A stretch of DNA of 64,000 nucleotides from assembly GCA_963737655.1 (NCBI GenBank), contig CAVTTN010000002.1, positions 2,240,001-2,304,000 of the forward strand, given 5' to 3'. Shown one piece after another: positions 48,874 to 60,900 of the stretch. The notes under the pieces are model-generated. The model saw nothing but the letters and a program-made list of their open reading frames with translations, ran no database searches and had not been told where the DNA came from. Origin of the DNA: an uncultured Planctomycetota bacterium (GTDB taxonomy: Bacteria; Planctomycetota; Planctomycetia; Isosphaerales; Isosphaeraceae). The translations under genes were made by a program, and so were the position numbers. Each line of letters starts with the position of its first letter. Within the stretch, counting starts at the first letter, position 1.

Positions 48874-49574
48874 GCGACGACCCCGGTCGGAGGCCGACCA
48901 TCGCCTCGTCCCTCCCGACGGGGGGGCAGGCGGCCGGACGGTCGGGCCCGGCTCGACGCATGGGGATGGATCTGCCGGGCGCTAATCCTTCACGGATTGC
49001 CCGTTGCGGCCGGGACCGGGTTCGTCGCGAGGAGCTTCGCCTCGGCCCGCGCGTCGTCGTGCGCCGGCCGGATCATCGAGTTCCTTCCACCCGCCCGGCG
49101 GGTCCGGGGCCGAGGACCGCCCCCGGCCCCCGCGGCCGATCATGCCTGGGATAAAGATTCGAGAACCTTCATGAGAGGAAACGCTGGAGGCAGTCGAATC
49201 GATCGGCAATCCTTGGCTCATGAGGCCGGGATGGTGGTGGCTGGCCTGCCGTCGGTCTCGGTAGGCCAGGGCCTGCCCTACGAACTGTCAACCGCCACGC
49301 TCGAACGAAAACCGCACTTCAGCGCGACTTACGTTCCGGTCGGGAATGTTTCGTTCTTGCGACATCGGGATCCGATCGTGCGTCATCGCATGGATTGGTC
49401 CACGAAGGCCCGGGGCCTCATCGGTCTCCGATCCGTTCATGAATTCGATCTTATCCGGGCCTCATCGTCGGCTCAGGTCCGGGGGGTAGGATTCGGGGCG
49501 CCTGGCGGGGTTCGCCCGCCGGGACGGGCCTCCGGCGAGGGGTCCGAGGCCAATCCCCGGGATGGAGTCGATCC

Positions 49575-50667
49575 GTGAACGCCCCTACCTCGTCTTCTCC
49601 GCTTGCCTCGCTGTCGCGAATCCTCCATGACCATTTCTTCCGCTTGCTCCTCGCGTCTTACGCGGTCGCCGCGTTCTTCCCCGGACCCGGCCTGGCGATC
49701 CGAGATTGGGGGATTTCGTGGGGTTCGACGCGAGTCTCCTCCCCCGCCTTGATGCTGGGGTTCCTCCTGTTCAATGCCGGGCTCGGGGTCCGGGGATCGG
49801 AGACTCCGGGGGCTGGCCCGGCGTCCGGGGCCGTTGCTCGCGGGATTGGCCGCGAACCTGGCCGTGCCGATCGTCTTCATCGCGGGGGTTTCCCGCGTGA
49901 TGGGCCTCTGGCATAACCCGGAGGAGGTGCGGGTCATCCTCCTCGGGCTGGCCCTGGTGATCTCGATGCCGATCGCCGGTTCCTCCACGGCCTGGGCGCA
50001 GAACTCCGACGGCGACGTGGCGTTGAGCCTCGGCCTGGTGGTCGCCTCGACGTGCCTGAGCCCGATCGCCACGCCTCTGGCGCTCCATGCCGTCGGGTTC
50101 CTGACCTCCGGCGGACCTGCCGAGGAGATCCATGGCCTGGCGGCTCGGGGGACCGGCGGATTCCTCGCGGCGTTCGTCCTGCTCCCGGCCCTGGCGGGGA
50201 TGGTGCTCCGGGCCGTTCTGGGCGAGGCGAGGGCCGCTCGGATCCGCCCTCCCCTGAAGCTGGCCGGCTCGCTGAACTTGCTGGTCCTGTGCTTCTCGAA
50301 CGCCTCGGCGGCGCTCCCTCAGGCGATCTCCCGGCCGGACTGGGACTTCCTCGGCGCCATCCTGATCATCACGGTGGGTCTCTGCGGCCTGGCGTTCGGC
50401 ACCGGCTGGCTCCTGGGCAGGCTGCTCGGGCTGGAGGCGCCGGGACGGGCGTCCTTGATGTACGGCCTGGGGATGAACAACAACGGGACGGGCCTGGTCC
50501 TGGCCTCGATGGCCCTGGCCGGTCGGCCGGGCGTCTTGCTGCCGATCATCGTGTACAACCTGGTCCAGCAGGTGGTGGCGGGGGTCGTCGGCGCGAGGTC
50601 GAAGCCGAGGCCGAAGCCTCAGGGGGAGCCCTCGCCGAGCGGGGCCGTCCTGGCGATCGCCCGGTAG
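49575..50667 (+). CDS. Bile acid:sodium symporter (BASS) family; frameshift at ~49803
   Basis: LLFNAGLG followed by LAANLAVP, MPIAGSSTAW, GLGMNNNGTG, YNLVQQ. Confidence 0.85.
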
Positions 50668-50789
50668 ATAAGCGGGATCTTAGGATCGCTTCACCGGGGA
50701 TTCACCGGCGACCGGTACTCTGAGGCAAGCCCCGGCGGACAAACCGTCCGGGCGAGTTCGGATCTTCAGGAAGGAATGGGAGAACTCTC

Positions 50790-51278
50790 ATGAGCAAATT
50801 CGCAGGACCGATCGCCGGGGCCGCCCTGATCGCCCTGGTCGCCTCGGTGACCCTCGCTCGGGCCGACGACCAGAAAATCCCGCCCGAGAAGCTGCCGGCG
50901 GCCATCACGAAGGCCGTCAAGGCCAGGTTTCCCAGGGCCGAGATCACCTCCGGCTCGAAGGAGGTCGAGGACGGCAAGACCACCTTCGAGGTCGAGCTCA
51001 AGAGCGAGGGGGCCGAATACAGCGTCTCCCTGAAGGAAGACGGCACGATCACCGAGATCGAGAAGGAAATCGAGCCCGCGGACCTCCCCGCCGCCGTCCT
51101 CAAGGCCGTGAAGGAGAAGTACCCGACCGGCACCCTGAAGGAGGCCGAGGAGGTCACCGCCGGCGCGAAGACCACGTTCGAAGTCATGGTCAGCGTCCCG
51201 GGCAAGAAGAAGATGCGTGAGATCGCACTCGACAAGGAGGGTAAGATCCTGTCGGACGAGGAAGAGGACGAGGATTGA
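50790..51278 (+). CDS. Periplasmic PepSY-like/BLIP-like two-repeat protein
   Basis: Signal peptide; two repeats LPAAITKAVKARFP...FEVEL...DGTI and LPAAVLKAVKEKYP...FEVMV...EGKI. Confidence 0.85.
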   Translation: MSKFAGPIAGAALIALVASVTLARADDQKIPPEKLPAAITKAVKARFPRAEITSGSKEVEDGKTTFEVELKSEGAEYSVSLKEDGTITEIEKEIEPADLPAAVLKAVKEKYPTGTLKEAEEVTAGAKTTFEVMVSVPGKKKMREIALDKEGKILSDEEEDED

Positions 51279-51385
51279 CAGTCGAGGTTCGCGAGGTGAG
51301 CGGCTCCCCCTCCCTCCGCCGGTGAGGGGGGCCCCGAAGCCTCCAGCTCGGAGGACTGGCTCGAACCCGAGGAGGCCCGACCGCG

Positions 51386-52078
51386 ATGGGCATCCGCCTC
51401 CTGATCGTGGAAGACGAGGACGCGATCGCCGATTTCCTCGTCCGAGGGCTTCGCGAGGAAGGGTTCACCGTCGAACGGGCCTGCGACGGCGACGAGGCCC
51501 TCGCCGCGTTGCGATCGGGCGAGTGGGACCTCGTCGTCCTCGACTGGTGGCTCCCCGGTCCCGACGGCCTGGACGTCCTCCGCCGCTTCCGCGCCCTGGG
51601 ACGTGAGACGCCGGTCCTGTTCCTCACCGCTCGCGACGCCGTCAGCGATCGCGTGAAGGGTCTGGACTCCGGCGCCGATGATTATTTGTGCAAGCCGTTC
51701 GCCTTCGACGAATTGCTCGCCCGGGTGCGGTCCTTGACCCGCCGACGGACCGGCTCCGCGAGCACCACGATCGCGCGGGGAGACGTCAAGATCGACCTGG
51801 CCACGGCCAGGGCCGAGAGGGCGGGGAAGCCCCTGGACCTGACCGCGAAGGAGCAGTCGCTGCTCGTCTTCTTCGTCCGCCACCCGGGACAGGTGCTCTC
51901 CCGAACTCGGATTTATGAGAATGTTTGGGATGAGCGGTATGACGGCTTGTCGAATACCCTGGAAGTTCACGTGATGGAGCTTCGCAAGAAGCTGGAGGCG
52001 CTCGGCCCGAGGCTGATCCACACGGTCCGAGGCCGCGGCTACCTCTTCGGCGAGCCCCCGGGCGGGGGCGACCCATGA
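51386..52078 (+). CDS. OmpR-family response regulator (CusR/CzcR-like)
   Basis: LIVEDE, VVLDWWLP, GADDYLCKPF, HTVRGRGY. Confidence 0.96.
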   Translation: MGIRLLIVEDEDAIADFLVRGLREEGFTVERACDGDEALAALRSGEWDLVVLDWWLPGPDGLDVLRRFRALGRETPVLFLTARDAVSDRVKGLDSGADDYLCKPFAFDELLARVRSLTRRRTGSASTTIARGDVKIDLATARAERAGKPLDLTAKEQSLLVFFVRHPGQVLSRTRIYENVWDERYDGLSNTLEVHVMELRKKLEALGPRLIHTVRGRGYLFGEPPGGGDP

Positions 52079-53500
52079 CGCTCACCGGACGGGTCTCGGC
52101 GTTCTTCCTCGGGGCGTTGGGCGCGGTGCTCGTGGGGTTCTCGGGAGGGGTCTACGCGCTGGCCGCGATGGCGATCCGCCAGCAGGCCGACGAACGGCTC
52201 GGCGCGGCGCTCGCCACGCTCTCGGCGGCGGCCGAGATCTCCGAGAAGGGCGTCGAATGGGAGCCCCAGGAGCGGTTGCTCGCCCTGGGGACCGATTCGG
52301 GGCCCGAGGCCGTCCGCTGGGTCGTCCGCGGCCCTCGGGCGCGGTCGTCGATCGCTCCCCGAACTGGAATTCCAGGCGATTGCCGCCCGATTCGCCGTCG
52401 AGTCCCGAGGCGTCGCGGATCGTCGGGACCGACGGCCGGGGCTGGCGGACGAGGTCGGTCGAGCTCCGGGCCCCGAGGTCGGCTTCGAACCCTCCGCTCC
52501 GTTCCGGCGGGCCCTGGTGATCGAGGCGTTCCTGCCGATGGACCCGAGCGAGGCGACCTTGCGGCAACTGGCCCTGGCGCTGGCGGTCCTGGCCGGCTCG
52601 ACGTGGGGCGTGGCGGCCGTCCTGGGTCGATGGTTCTGTCGTCGGGCCCTCTCGCCGCTGACGAGGATGGCCGAAGCCGCGAGGCGGGCCGACATCGACG
52701 GCTCCGGCCCCCGCCTGCCGGTGCCCGACGGCGGCGACGAGCTCTCCGGACTCGGATCGGCGTTCAATGACCTGCTCGATCGCCTCCGCGAGGCGCTCGA
52801 CCGCCAGAAGCGGTTCACCGGCGACGCCTCCCACCAGATCCGCACGCCGCTGGCGGCGCTGATCGGGCAGGTCGAGGTGGCCCTCCGCCGCGAGAGGCCG
52901 CCCGAGGAATACCGCCGAGTCCTCGCCACGGTCGGCGAGCAGGCCGCGAGCCTCCGCAGGATCGTCGAGGCCCTCCTGTTCCTCGCCAGGGCCGACGCCG
53001 AAGGGGACCTCCCGGGCCGCGAAACCCTGGACCTCGCCTCGTGGGTGCCCCGACGGCTGGAAGGCCGCACCGACCGGCCCCGATCGGCCGACGTCCGGTT
53101 CGTCGATCTGGGGTCGGGCCCGGCGATCGTCTCGGCCCCGCCGGCCTTGCTGTCCCAGGTGATCGGCAATCTCGTCGAGAACGCCGAGAAGTACAGCGAC
53201 CCGGGTTCGCCGATCCTCGTCGGGCTGGAGAGGCGGGATTCTCGGGTCGTCCTGAGCGTGGAGGACCGGGGCCGCGGCATCCGTCCCGAGGACCTCCCGA
53301 GGATTTTTGACCCCTTCTTCCGCGCCGCCCCGAACCGCAGGAATGACCCCGGGGTCGGCCTCGGGCTGTCGGTGGCCCGAAGGATCGCCGAGGCCCTGGG
53401 AGGGTCGCTCTCGGCCCAGAGCCGTCCGGGGCAGGGGAGCCGGTTCGACCTGCGATTGCCGGCGGCCCCGGGTGGCGACGAGGCCCCGCGAATTCCGTGA
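52075..53500 (+). CDS. HAMP sensor histidine kinase; frameshift near 52332
   Basis: Two TM helices, HAMP (DELSGLGSAFN), H-box DASHQIRTP, NLVENAEKYS, DRGRGI, GLGLS; ATGA overlap with the regulator. Confidence 0.9.
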
Positions 53501-53592
53501 GTGGGTGATTGACTGGCACGATCGGGCCGTCTAGTCTCACGCAACGGTCAAACTTTTTTCGATCCGACTCCTCGTCGTCGAGGCTCCCTCAC

Positions 53593-54633
<1,041 letters not shown>

Positions 54634-54685
54634 GTCACCCGTCGGGCCCGCCCTCGCGGACCTCTTCGCCCCCGGAGCCCCGCCC

Positions 54686-55579
54686 GTGGCCAACCGCTAT
54701 CTCGACCCCGAGGGACTGGCCCGCGTCGGCAACATGGAGCTGGTCGCGAGGCAGGTCGTCGAGGGATTCCTCACCGGCCGCCATCGCAGCCCGTTCCACG
54801 GCTTCTCCGCCGAGTACCTCGACCATCGCGCCTACACCCCGGGGGACGAGATCCGCGCCCTCGACTGGAAGATCCTGGCGAAAACGAACAAATATTACAT
54901 CAAGCTCTTCCACGACGAGACGAACCTCCGCGCGACGATCCTCCTGGATTGCTCGAAGTCGATGGACTTCGCCGGGACCCCGGGGGGCATGACGAAGCTC
55001 CAGTGGGGCAGCTACCTGGCGGCGGCCCTGACCCATCTGATGCTCCGGCAGAACGACGCCGTGGGCCTCATCATGTTCGATACCCAGGTCCGCCATGCCC
55101 TGGGCCCCAAGGCCCGGCCCACGCAGTTTCGGCGAGTCCTCGACCTCCTCGAAGACGCCCGACCCGGAGGCGAGACGGACCTCGGGACGATCCTCCACGA
55201 GGCCGCCGAGCGGGTCCATCGTCGCGGCCTCCTGATCGTCATCAGCGACCTGATCGACGACGCCGAGCGGGTCGCCTCGGGCCTCCAGCACTTCCGCCAC
55301 GACGGCCACGAAGTGATCGTCTTCCACGTCCTGGACGACGCCGAATTGACCCTGCCGTTCGAGGGCCTCACCCGGTTCAAGGACGCCGAAGGCGCGGGCC
55401 GCGTGGTGGTCAATCCCAAGGGCCTGCGGGCCCGATACCTCGACCGGATGAAGGCGTTCCTCGATCGCGCCAAGACCGATTGCTTCGAACGCAACATCAG
55501 CTATCACCTCGCGAACACCAAAGAACCCTACGATCACTTCCTGGCCTCGTACCTGGAGAAGAGGTCGAGGCTGGGGTGA
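54686..55579 (+). CDS. DUF58 protein
   Basis: GRHRSPFHGFSAEYLDHRAYTPGD, LDWK, LLDCSKSM, ISDL. Confidence 0.95.
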   Translation: MANRYLDPEGLARVGNMELVARQVVEGFLTGRHRSPFHGFSAEYLDHRAYTPGDEIRALDWKILAKTNKYYIKLFHDETNLRATILLDCSKSMDFAGTPGGMTKLQWGSYLAAALTHLMLRQNDAVGLIMFDTQVRHALGPKARPTQFRRVLDLLEDARPGGETDLGTILHEAAERVHRRGLLIVISDLIDDAERVASGLQHFRHDGHEVIVFHVLDDAELTLPFEGLTRFKDAEGAGRVVVNPKGLRARYLDRMKAFLDRAKTDCFERNISYHLANTKEPYDHFLASYLEKRSRLG

Positions 55580-55611
55580 GGCCCGCGATCCCGGACCCCC
55601 GAGGGCCAGAG

Positions 55612-57831
55612 ATGGATTTCCTCCACTACGCCCTGCTCGGCTTCCTCCCGCTGGCGGGGCTGCCGATCCTCCTGCATCTGCTGACCCTCCATCGCCTGAG
55701 GACCGTCGAGCTGCCGACGTATCGGTTCCTGTTCGACAGCTACGTCCAGCAGCGCCGGAAGATGCAGTTCCTCGAAGCGTTGCTGGCCCTCCTACGGACG
55801 CTGTTCCTGCTCGGGCTGGTCGCGGCGTTCGCCCGTCCGGCGGCGAAGACCTGGGCGGGATTGTTCCCGGGCGGCTCGGGACGCGAGGTCGTCCTGCTCG
55901 TCGATGGCTCGGCCAGCATGAACGCGAAGGCGAAGGGGCTTTCCGCGCTCGACCGGGCCAAGGACGTGGCGCGATCGGTGGTCGCAACCCTCTCCGCCGA
56001 GGACCGCGTGGCCGTGGTGAAGGTGGCCGATCGGCCCGAGGAAGTGGCCCGCAGGTTCGTCGGCGACGGCAAGGCGGTGGTCGAGGCGATCGACGGCCTT
56101 TCTCCGGGGCCGAGCCGCGCGAACCTGTTCGCAGCGATGGCCGAGGTCTACGGCTCGACCGCCGGGCGATCGAGCCGGCCCACCGTCTACGTCCTGTCCG
56201 ATGGCCAATCCGGCTCGTGGCGAGAGCTTCGCGACCCCTCGGCGTCTCGGCTCGTGCCCGAGGGGGCGAAGATCGTCGTCGTGAACGTGGGCGAGCCGAA
56301 CCCGCCCGCGAATCGCGCCGTGATCGGCGACCCGCCCGGCAAGGCCCGGGCGGTCGTCGGCCTGCCGGTGACGCTCCGCCCTCGGGTCATCGGCGACGCG
56401 AAGGGGGACGAGGCCTCGGCGACCCTGAGCGTCTCGCTCGACGACAAGGAGGTCGCCCGCCTGCCCGTGATCCTCAAGCCGGGCGAGGCGATCGTCAAGA
56501 AAGTGGTGTACGTGCCCGAGGCATCCGGGACGTTGCGGGGCCGGTTCGAGGTCTCGGGCAAGGCCCCGGACGGCTTCCCCGACGATGATTCGTACCTGTT
56601 CACGCTCACGGTCGATCCGGCGGTCAAGGTGTTGATCGTCAACGGGAATCCATCCGCCGATCCGTTCGAGGACGAGGCGCTCTACCTGCGGACCGCGCTC
56701 TCGGCGCGATCGGGCGAGGGTTCCGGCCCGCTGGCGGCCCCCCTGAAGTCGCTGGACGTCCGCGAGACGCCCGAAGGCGGCCTGAATCCCGACTCCCTGC
56801 GCGATGCGGCGGTCGTGATCCTGGCGAATTGCGGGGGGCTGAACGCCCAGCATTTCGCCTGGCTCCGCGAATTCGTGAACGCGGGGGGCGGCCTGCTGAT
56901 CCTGCCCGGAGACCGGGTGAATCCCGACGTGTACAACACGCAGTTCTTCGCCGCGCCCGGCCCGAGCAAGGAGAAGATCACCGGCGTGACGCTCGGCCCT
57001 CCCGAGGGCGACCCGGAGAAGGCGGAGACGTTCGAGCGGCTCTCGACGGTCGATTTCGCGCACCCCGCGCTCTCGGTCTTCGACTCCCCGGACGCCCGAT
57101 ACCTCCGCTCGGCCCACTTCGGCCGGCGATTTCCCCTGAATTTCCCCGACGGCAAGCCCGTCGGCGCGTGGCCCCTGGCCGTATTCGCGTCGGGCCGCCC
57201 GGCGCTGGTCGAGAGCCGGTTCGGCTCGGGGATCGTGCTCGTGTCGGCGTTCCCGGCGAACGCGAAGTGGTCGAACCTGCCGCTCAAGCCCGAGTTCGTG
57301 CCGTTGGTCCTGAGGCTCGCCGGATATGTGCAAGGGAGGCCCGAGCTGGACGTCCCGGCGACCGTGCCCCCCGACGGTCGGGCCGAGATCGGGGTGGCCT
57401 CGGCCTGGTCGCCCGCGACCGGGACCGTGACCGACCCCGGCGGCAAGCCCTCGCCCCTGGCGTTCGAGCGCTCGAACGGCCGATGGATCGCGCCCTATGA
57501 TCGGACGGAGCATCGCGGGTACTATTCGGTGGAGGTGAAGGGCGGGAAAGTCGAGGCGCCGAAGGCGGGATCGGCGGCCTTCGCCGTGAACCTCGCGCCC
57601 GAGGAGTCGCGGTTCGCCGCGATCACCGAGGCGCAAATCCGCCAGGCCCTGCCCCGGGCCGACGTGTCGTTCGTGGACGCCTCGGCCGAGGCGCAGAGGG
57701 CCGAGGGGAAGATCGGCGAACGCAAGGAGGTCTGGCGGGGGCTCATCCTGCTCCTGTTCGGGATCATCGGCGTGGAATTCCTGCTCGCCACGCTCGGGGG
57801 TAAGGCGTCACCGTCTCCCTCGGGTGCATGA
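55612..57831 (+). CDS. BatA N-terminal + VWA + GATase-like membrane protein
   Basis: LPILLHLL...TYRFL (BatA), MIDAS DGSASM and SDGQ, VILAN...FVNAGGGLLILPG, C-terminal VWRGLILL TM helix. Confidence 0.9.
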   Translation: MDFLHYALLGFLPLAGLPILLHLLTLHRLRTVELPTYRFLFDSYVQQRRKMQFLEALLALLRTLFLLGLVAAFARPAAKTWAGLFPGGSGREVVLLVDGSASMNAKAKGLSALDRAKDVARSVVATLSAEDRVAVVKVADRPEEVARRFVGDGKAVVEAIDGLSPGPSRANLFAAMAEVYGSTAGRSSRPTVYVLSDGQSGSWRELRDPSASRLVPEGAKIVVVNVGEPNPPANRAVIGDPPGKARAVVGLPVTLRPRVIGDAKGDEASATLSVSLDDKEVARLPVILKPGEAIVKKVVYVPEASGTLRGRFEVSGKAPDGFPDDDSYLFTLTVDPAVKVLIVNGNPSADPFEDEALYLRTALSARSGEGSGPLAAPLKSLDVRETPEGGLNPDSLRDAAVVILANCGGLNAQHFAWLREFVNAGGGLLILPGDRVNPDVYNTQFFAAPGPSKEKITGVTLGPPEGDPEKAETFERLSTVDFAHPALSVFDSPDARYLRSAHFGRRFPLNFPDGKPVGAWPLAVFASGRPALVESRFGSGIVLVSAFPANAKWSNLPLKPEFVPLVLRLAGYVQGRPELDVPATVPPDGRAEIGVASAWSPATGTVTDPGGKPSPLAFERSNGRWIAPYDRTEHRGYYSVEVKGGKVEAPKAGSAAFAVNLAPEESRFAAITEAQIRQALPRADVSFVDASAEAQRAEGKIGERKEVWRGLILLLFGIIGVEFLLATLGGKASPSPSGA

Positions 57832-57929
57832 AGTGCACCGATGAGCGGAGGGCGAGGCCCGCCATCCTTTGTCGTCTCCTTCCCGGATCATTCGAAGCGA
57901 GTCGGATCGGTGCATCTCATGCACCCTAC
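57822..57929. repeat. Degenerate REPIN (two inverted GTAGGGTGCAT-type REPs)
   Basis: GGGTGCATGAAGTGCACCGAT ... ATCGGTGCATCTCATGCACCCTAC; shares GCCCGCCATCC with the copy at 61672. Confidence 0.8.
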
Positions 57930-57940
57930 GGAGGATGGCC

Positions 57941-60900
57941 ATGCTCACCGATGCGAAGCCCGAATCGCCGCCGGACGCGTCCCCGATCTTCCGGGCCGTG
58001 CGGCGGACCCGCGCCGTCTTGCGGTCGAGCTGGGTCGCCACCGGCCTGGGGCTGGTCGTCGGGCTGGGCCTCGGCACGCTCTGCGCCGTGACCTTGACGG
58101 ACCTGATGGCCCCGTTGTGGCCGTCGTTGCGGCTCGTCGGCCTGCTCGCCATCGCCGTGCCGACGGCGGTCCTCCTCGTCTGGAAGGTGCTGATCCCGCT
58201 GGTTCGCCGCCTCGGAGCCATCGCCGTGGCCCGGCGGATCGAGGCGCGACTGCCGGGGATTCATAACCGATTGGTGAGCTGCATCGACCTCTCCCGGCCC
58301 GAGAGGCGGCGCGAGCGGTCCTCCGCGTTCTATGCGAGGCTCGTCCGCGAGGCCCGCGAGCGCGTCTCGGCGTTCCGTCCGCTGTCGATCGTCGATTGGC
58401 CGAGGCTCCGGCGGTCGCTCCTGTTCGCCGCGGCCAGCGTCGCCGCGTTCTCGGCGGCGTTCGGCCTGTTCTCCGACCGCCTCCCCACGGCGATGGCCCG
58501 GATCTTCCGCCCGTTCGCCGACATCCCGCCGGCCACCGGCGTCGAATTCTCCGTGAAGCCCGGCGATGCCAGGGTGCTCCGGGGTGACGAGATCCCCTTC
58601 GAAGTCGTCGTGACGAAGGGCGAGCCCGACGACCTCCGCCTGGAGCTCCGCCGCGACGACGGCCAGGGCGGCACCCTCTGGTACGACCTCCGACGGGCCG
58701 GGCCGAGGGCCTGGTCCCTCCGCCTGGCGGGGTTCGAGGGCTCCTTCTCGTACCGAGTCCACGGCGGAGGGACGTGGAGCCGCCTCTATCACGTGAACAT
58801 CCTGGAGCGGCCGGCGATCGTCGAGCTCCACACGGTCCTCCACTACGCGCCGTATCTCGGGATGGGCGAGCCGAAGGTCGGCCCCCCCCAGGTGGCCGAC
58901 GTGACCGGGCCCGAAGGATCGGCGGTGGAGGTGGTCGTCGAGGCGAGCGGCGACGTCAGCGAGGGGGCGATCCAGTGGCTCGACCCGACGACGACGAGAG
59001 TCGCCGTCGCCGACCGGGCGGAGAGGCTCTGGCAAGGCCTGGAGTTCATCCCCGACAACGTCTCCGCCGAAGGGACCTGGCGATGGGACTTCAAGCTCCG
59101 GGCCCGGCCCAGCCATTTCGACCCGGCCCAGGGCGGGCTCCACGGCCATCACCTCTCGAACCTGCCGGCGGGCTTCCGCGTCCTGCCCGGGGAATCGTTG
59201 TTCGCCTACGTATTCATCCCGCCCGACAAGAAGCCCGACACGCTGATGCTCCAGTTCCACGACGGCCAGTCCTGGGACCATCGGGCGTTCTGGGGCGAGG
59301 ACAAGATCCCGTTCGGCACGCCGGGCTCGGCCGGGCGGCGAAGGCTCGGCCCCTTGCCCGAAAGCGGCGGCTGGGTCCGGCTGGAAGTCCCCGCGAAGCT
59401 GGTGGACATGGAGGGCAAGGACCTCCGGGGGATCGGCTTCGACGCCGTGGGAGGGGAGCCGATCTGGCACCGAGCGGGCACCGTGCCGGCGGCCCATGTC
59501 GAGAAGGCCGGGTTCGTCGTCGCCCGATCGTTCCCGATGGAGCCGACGAGCGACGGCCGATGGTCGGGCCGGTTCCCCCTGGAGAAGTCCGGGGCGTACC
59601 GGGTCGAGCTGAAGAACGAGATCGGCGCCGCCAACCGGCCGATGAAGGAAGCGAAGGTGGTGGCGATCCCGGACAATCCTCCGCAGGTCGTCCTGGAGAA
59701 GCCGGGCGCCGACCTCGTCCTCAGCGAGCCGATCAAGGTGCCCCTGGTGGTCTCCGCCTTCGACGATTTCGGCCTCGCCGGGGTGTTCGTCGCGGTGCAG
59801 AAGGGGGACTCGGGCGGGTTCGTGGGGCGGCCGATCAAGACCTACGACGCGCCGGTCCGCAACGACATCGCCGTGGCCAGCCTGGACCTCCCCTCGATGG
59901 GCCTCAAGCCGGGCGACTTCCTCCGGTATCGGGTCGAGGCGCGCGATCGCAAGGGTCAATCGGCGCAGACCAAGGAGTACGTGATCCGGATCGCCAACGA
60001 CGGCAACTCGGCCGACAGGCAGCTCGCGAACTTCGAGAAGACCCGGGAGGCCGTCGAGCAGAAGCTCGCGAAGCTGATCGACGACCAGGCGAAGGTCCGC
60101 GAACAGGTCAAGGCCCTGGCGACGAAGGCGGCCCCGCTGAAGGAGAAGATCGCGGAGTCCGCCCGGGCCGCCGATCCGAAGCCCTCGCCCGACGCCCCGC
60201 CTCCGGCCGACAAGCCGCCCGCGAACCTGGACGCCGAGACGGCGAAGGGCCTGGCGGAGGTCCGCCAGGAGATGGCCCGGATCGCCGGCCAGGAGGAGCA
60301 GAACGCGAACCTCGCCGGGCAGGTCGCCAATGACCTGAAGGCCGCCGCCGAGAACGCCGAGGGGCAGGCGATGCTGCCCCCGCAGGTCGCGGAGGCGCTC
60401 CGCGACGTCCAGACTACGTTCCAGAAGGCCGCCGCCGAGCCCTTGAAGGGCCTCACCGACGCGATGAAGGCCGGCGCCGACGCGAACCACGCCGCGCCCG
60501 ACGTCCCCGCGATGGAGGCCGCCGCCGGGCAGGTCCAGGACGCCCTGGAGGCCACCAGGGCCCGGCTCGACGCCCTCGCCCGAGCCGAGGACGCGATGAA
60601 GGACGACGCCGGCAAGGCCGTGGCCGAACTCCAGCGCGAGAAAGCCCGGCTGGAGGCGGTTCTTTCCGCCAAGGAACTTGCCGACCTGAAAGAATTCCTC
60701 GAAAAGATGCGCGAGCAGATGAAGGCGCTGGAAGGGGACCAGCAACAACTGCTCGAAGCCACCAGGACGGCGCCCGACATCCTCCTGCCCGACGTGAAGG
60801 CGAAGCAGGGCGACCTCGAGAAGAAGGCCGGCGCCGAGATCGAGAAGGCCCGCGAGGTCCGCGAGAAGGGCCTCGCCTCGAAGAAGGCCGAAGACCATGC

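Noticed and set aside
48874..49574. 193-aa ORF (48997..49578) in the intergenic region
   Set aside because: No motifs, TTG start and atypical codon usage.
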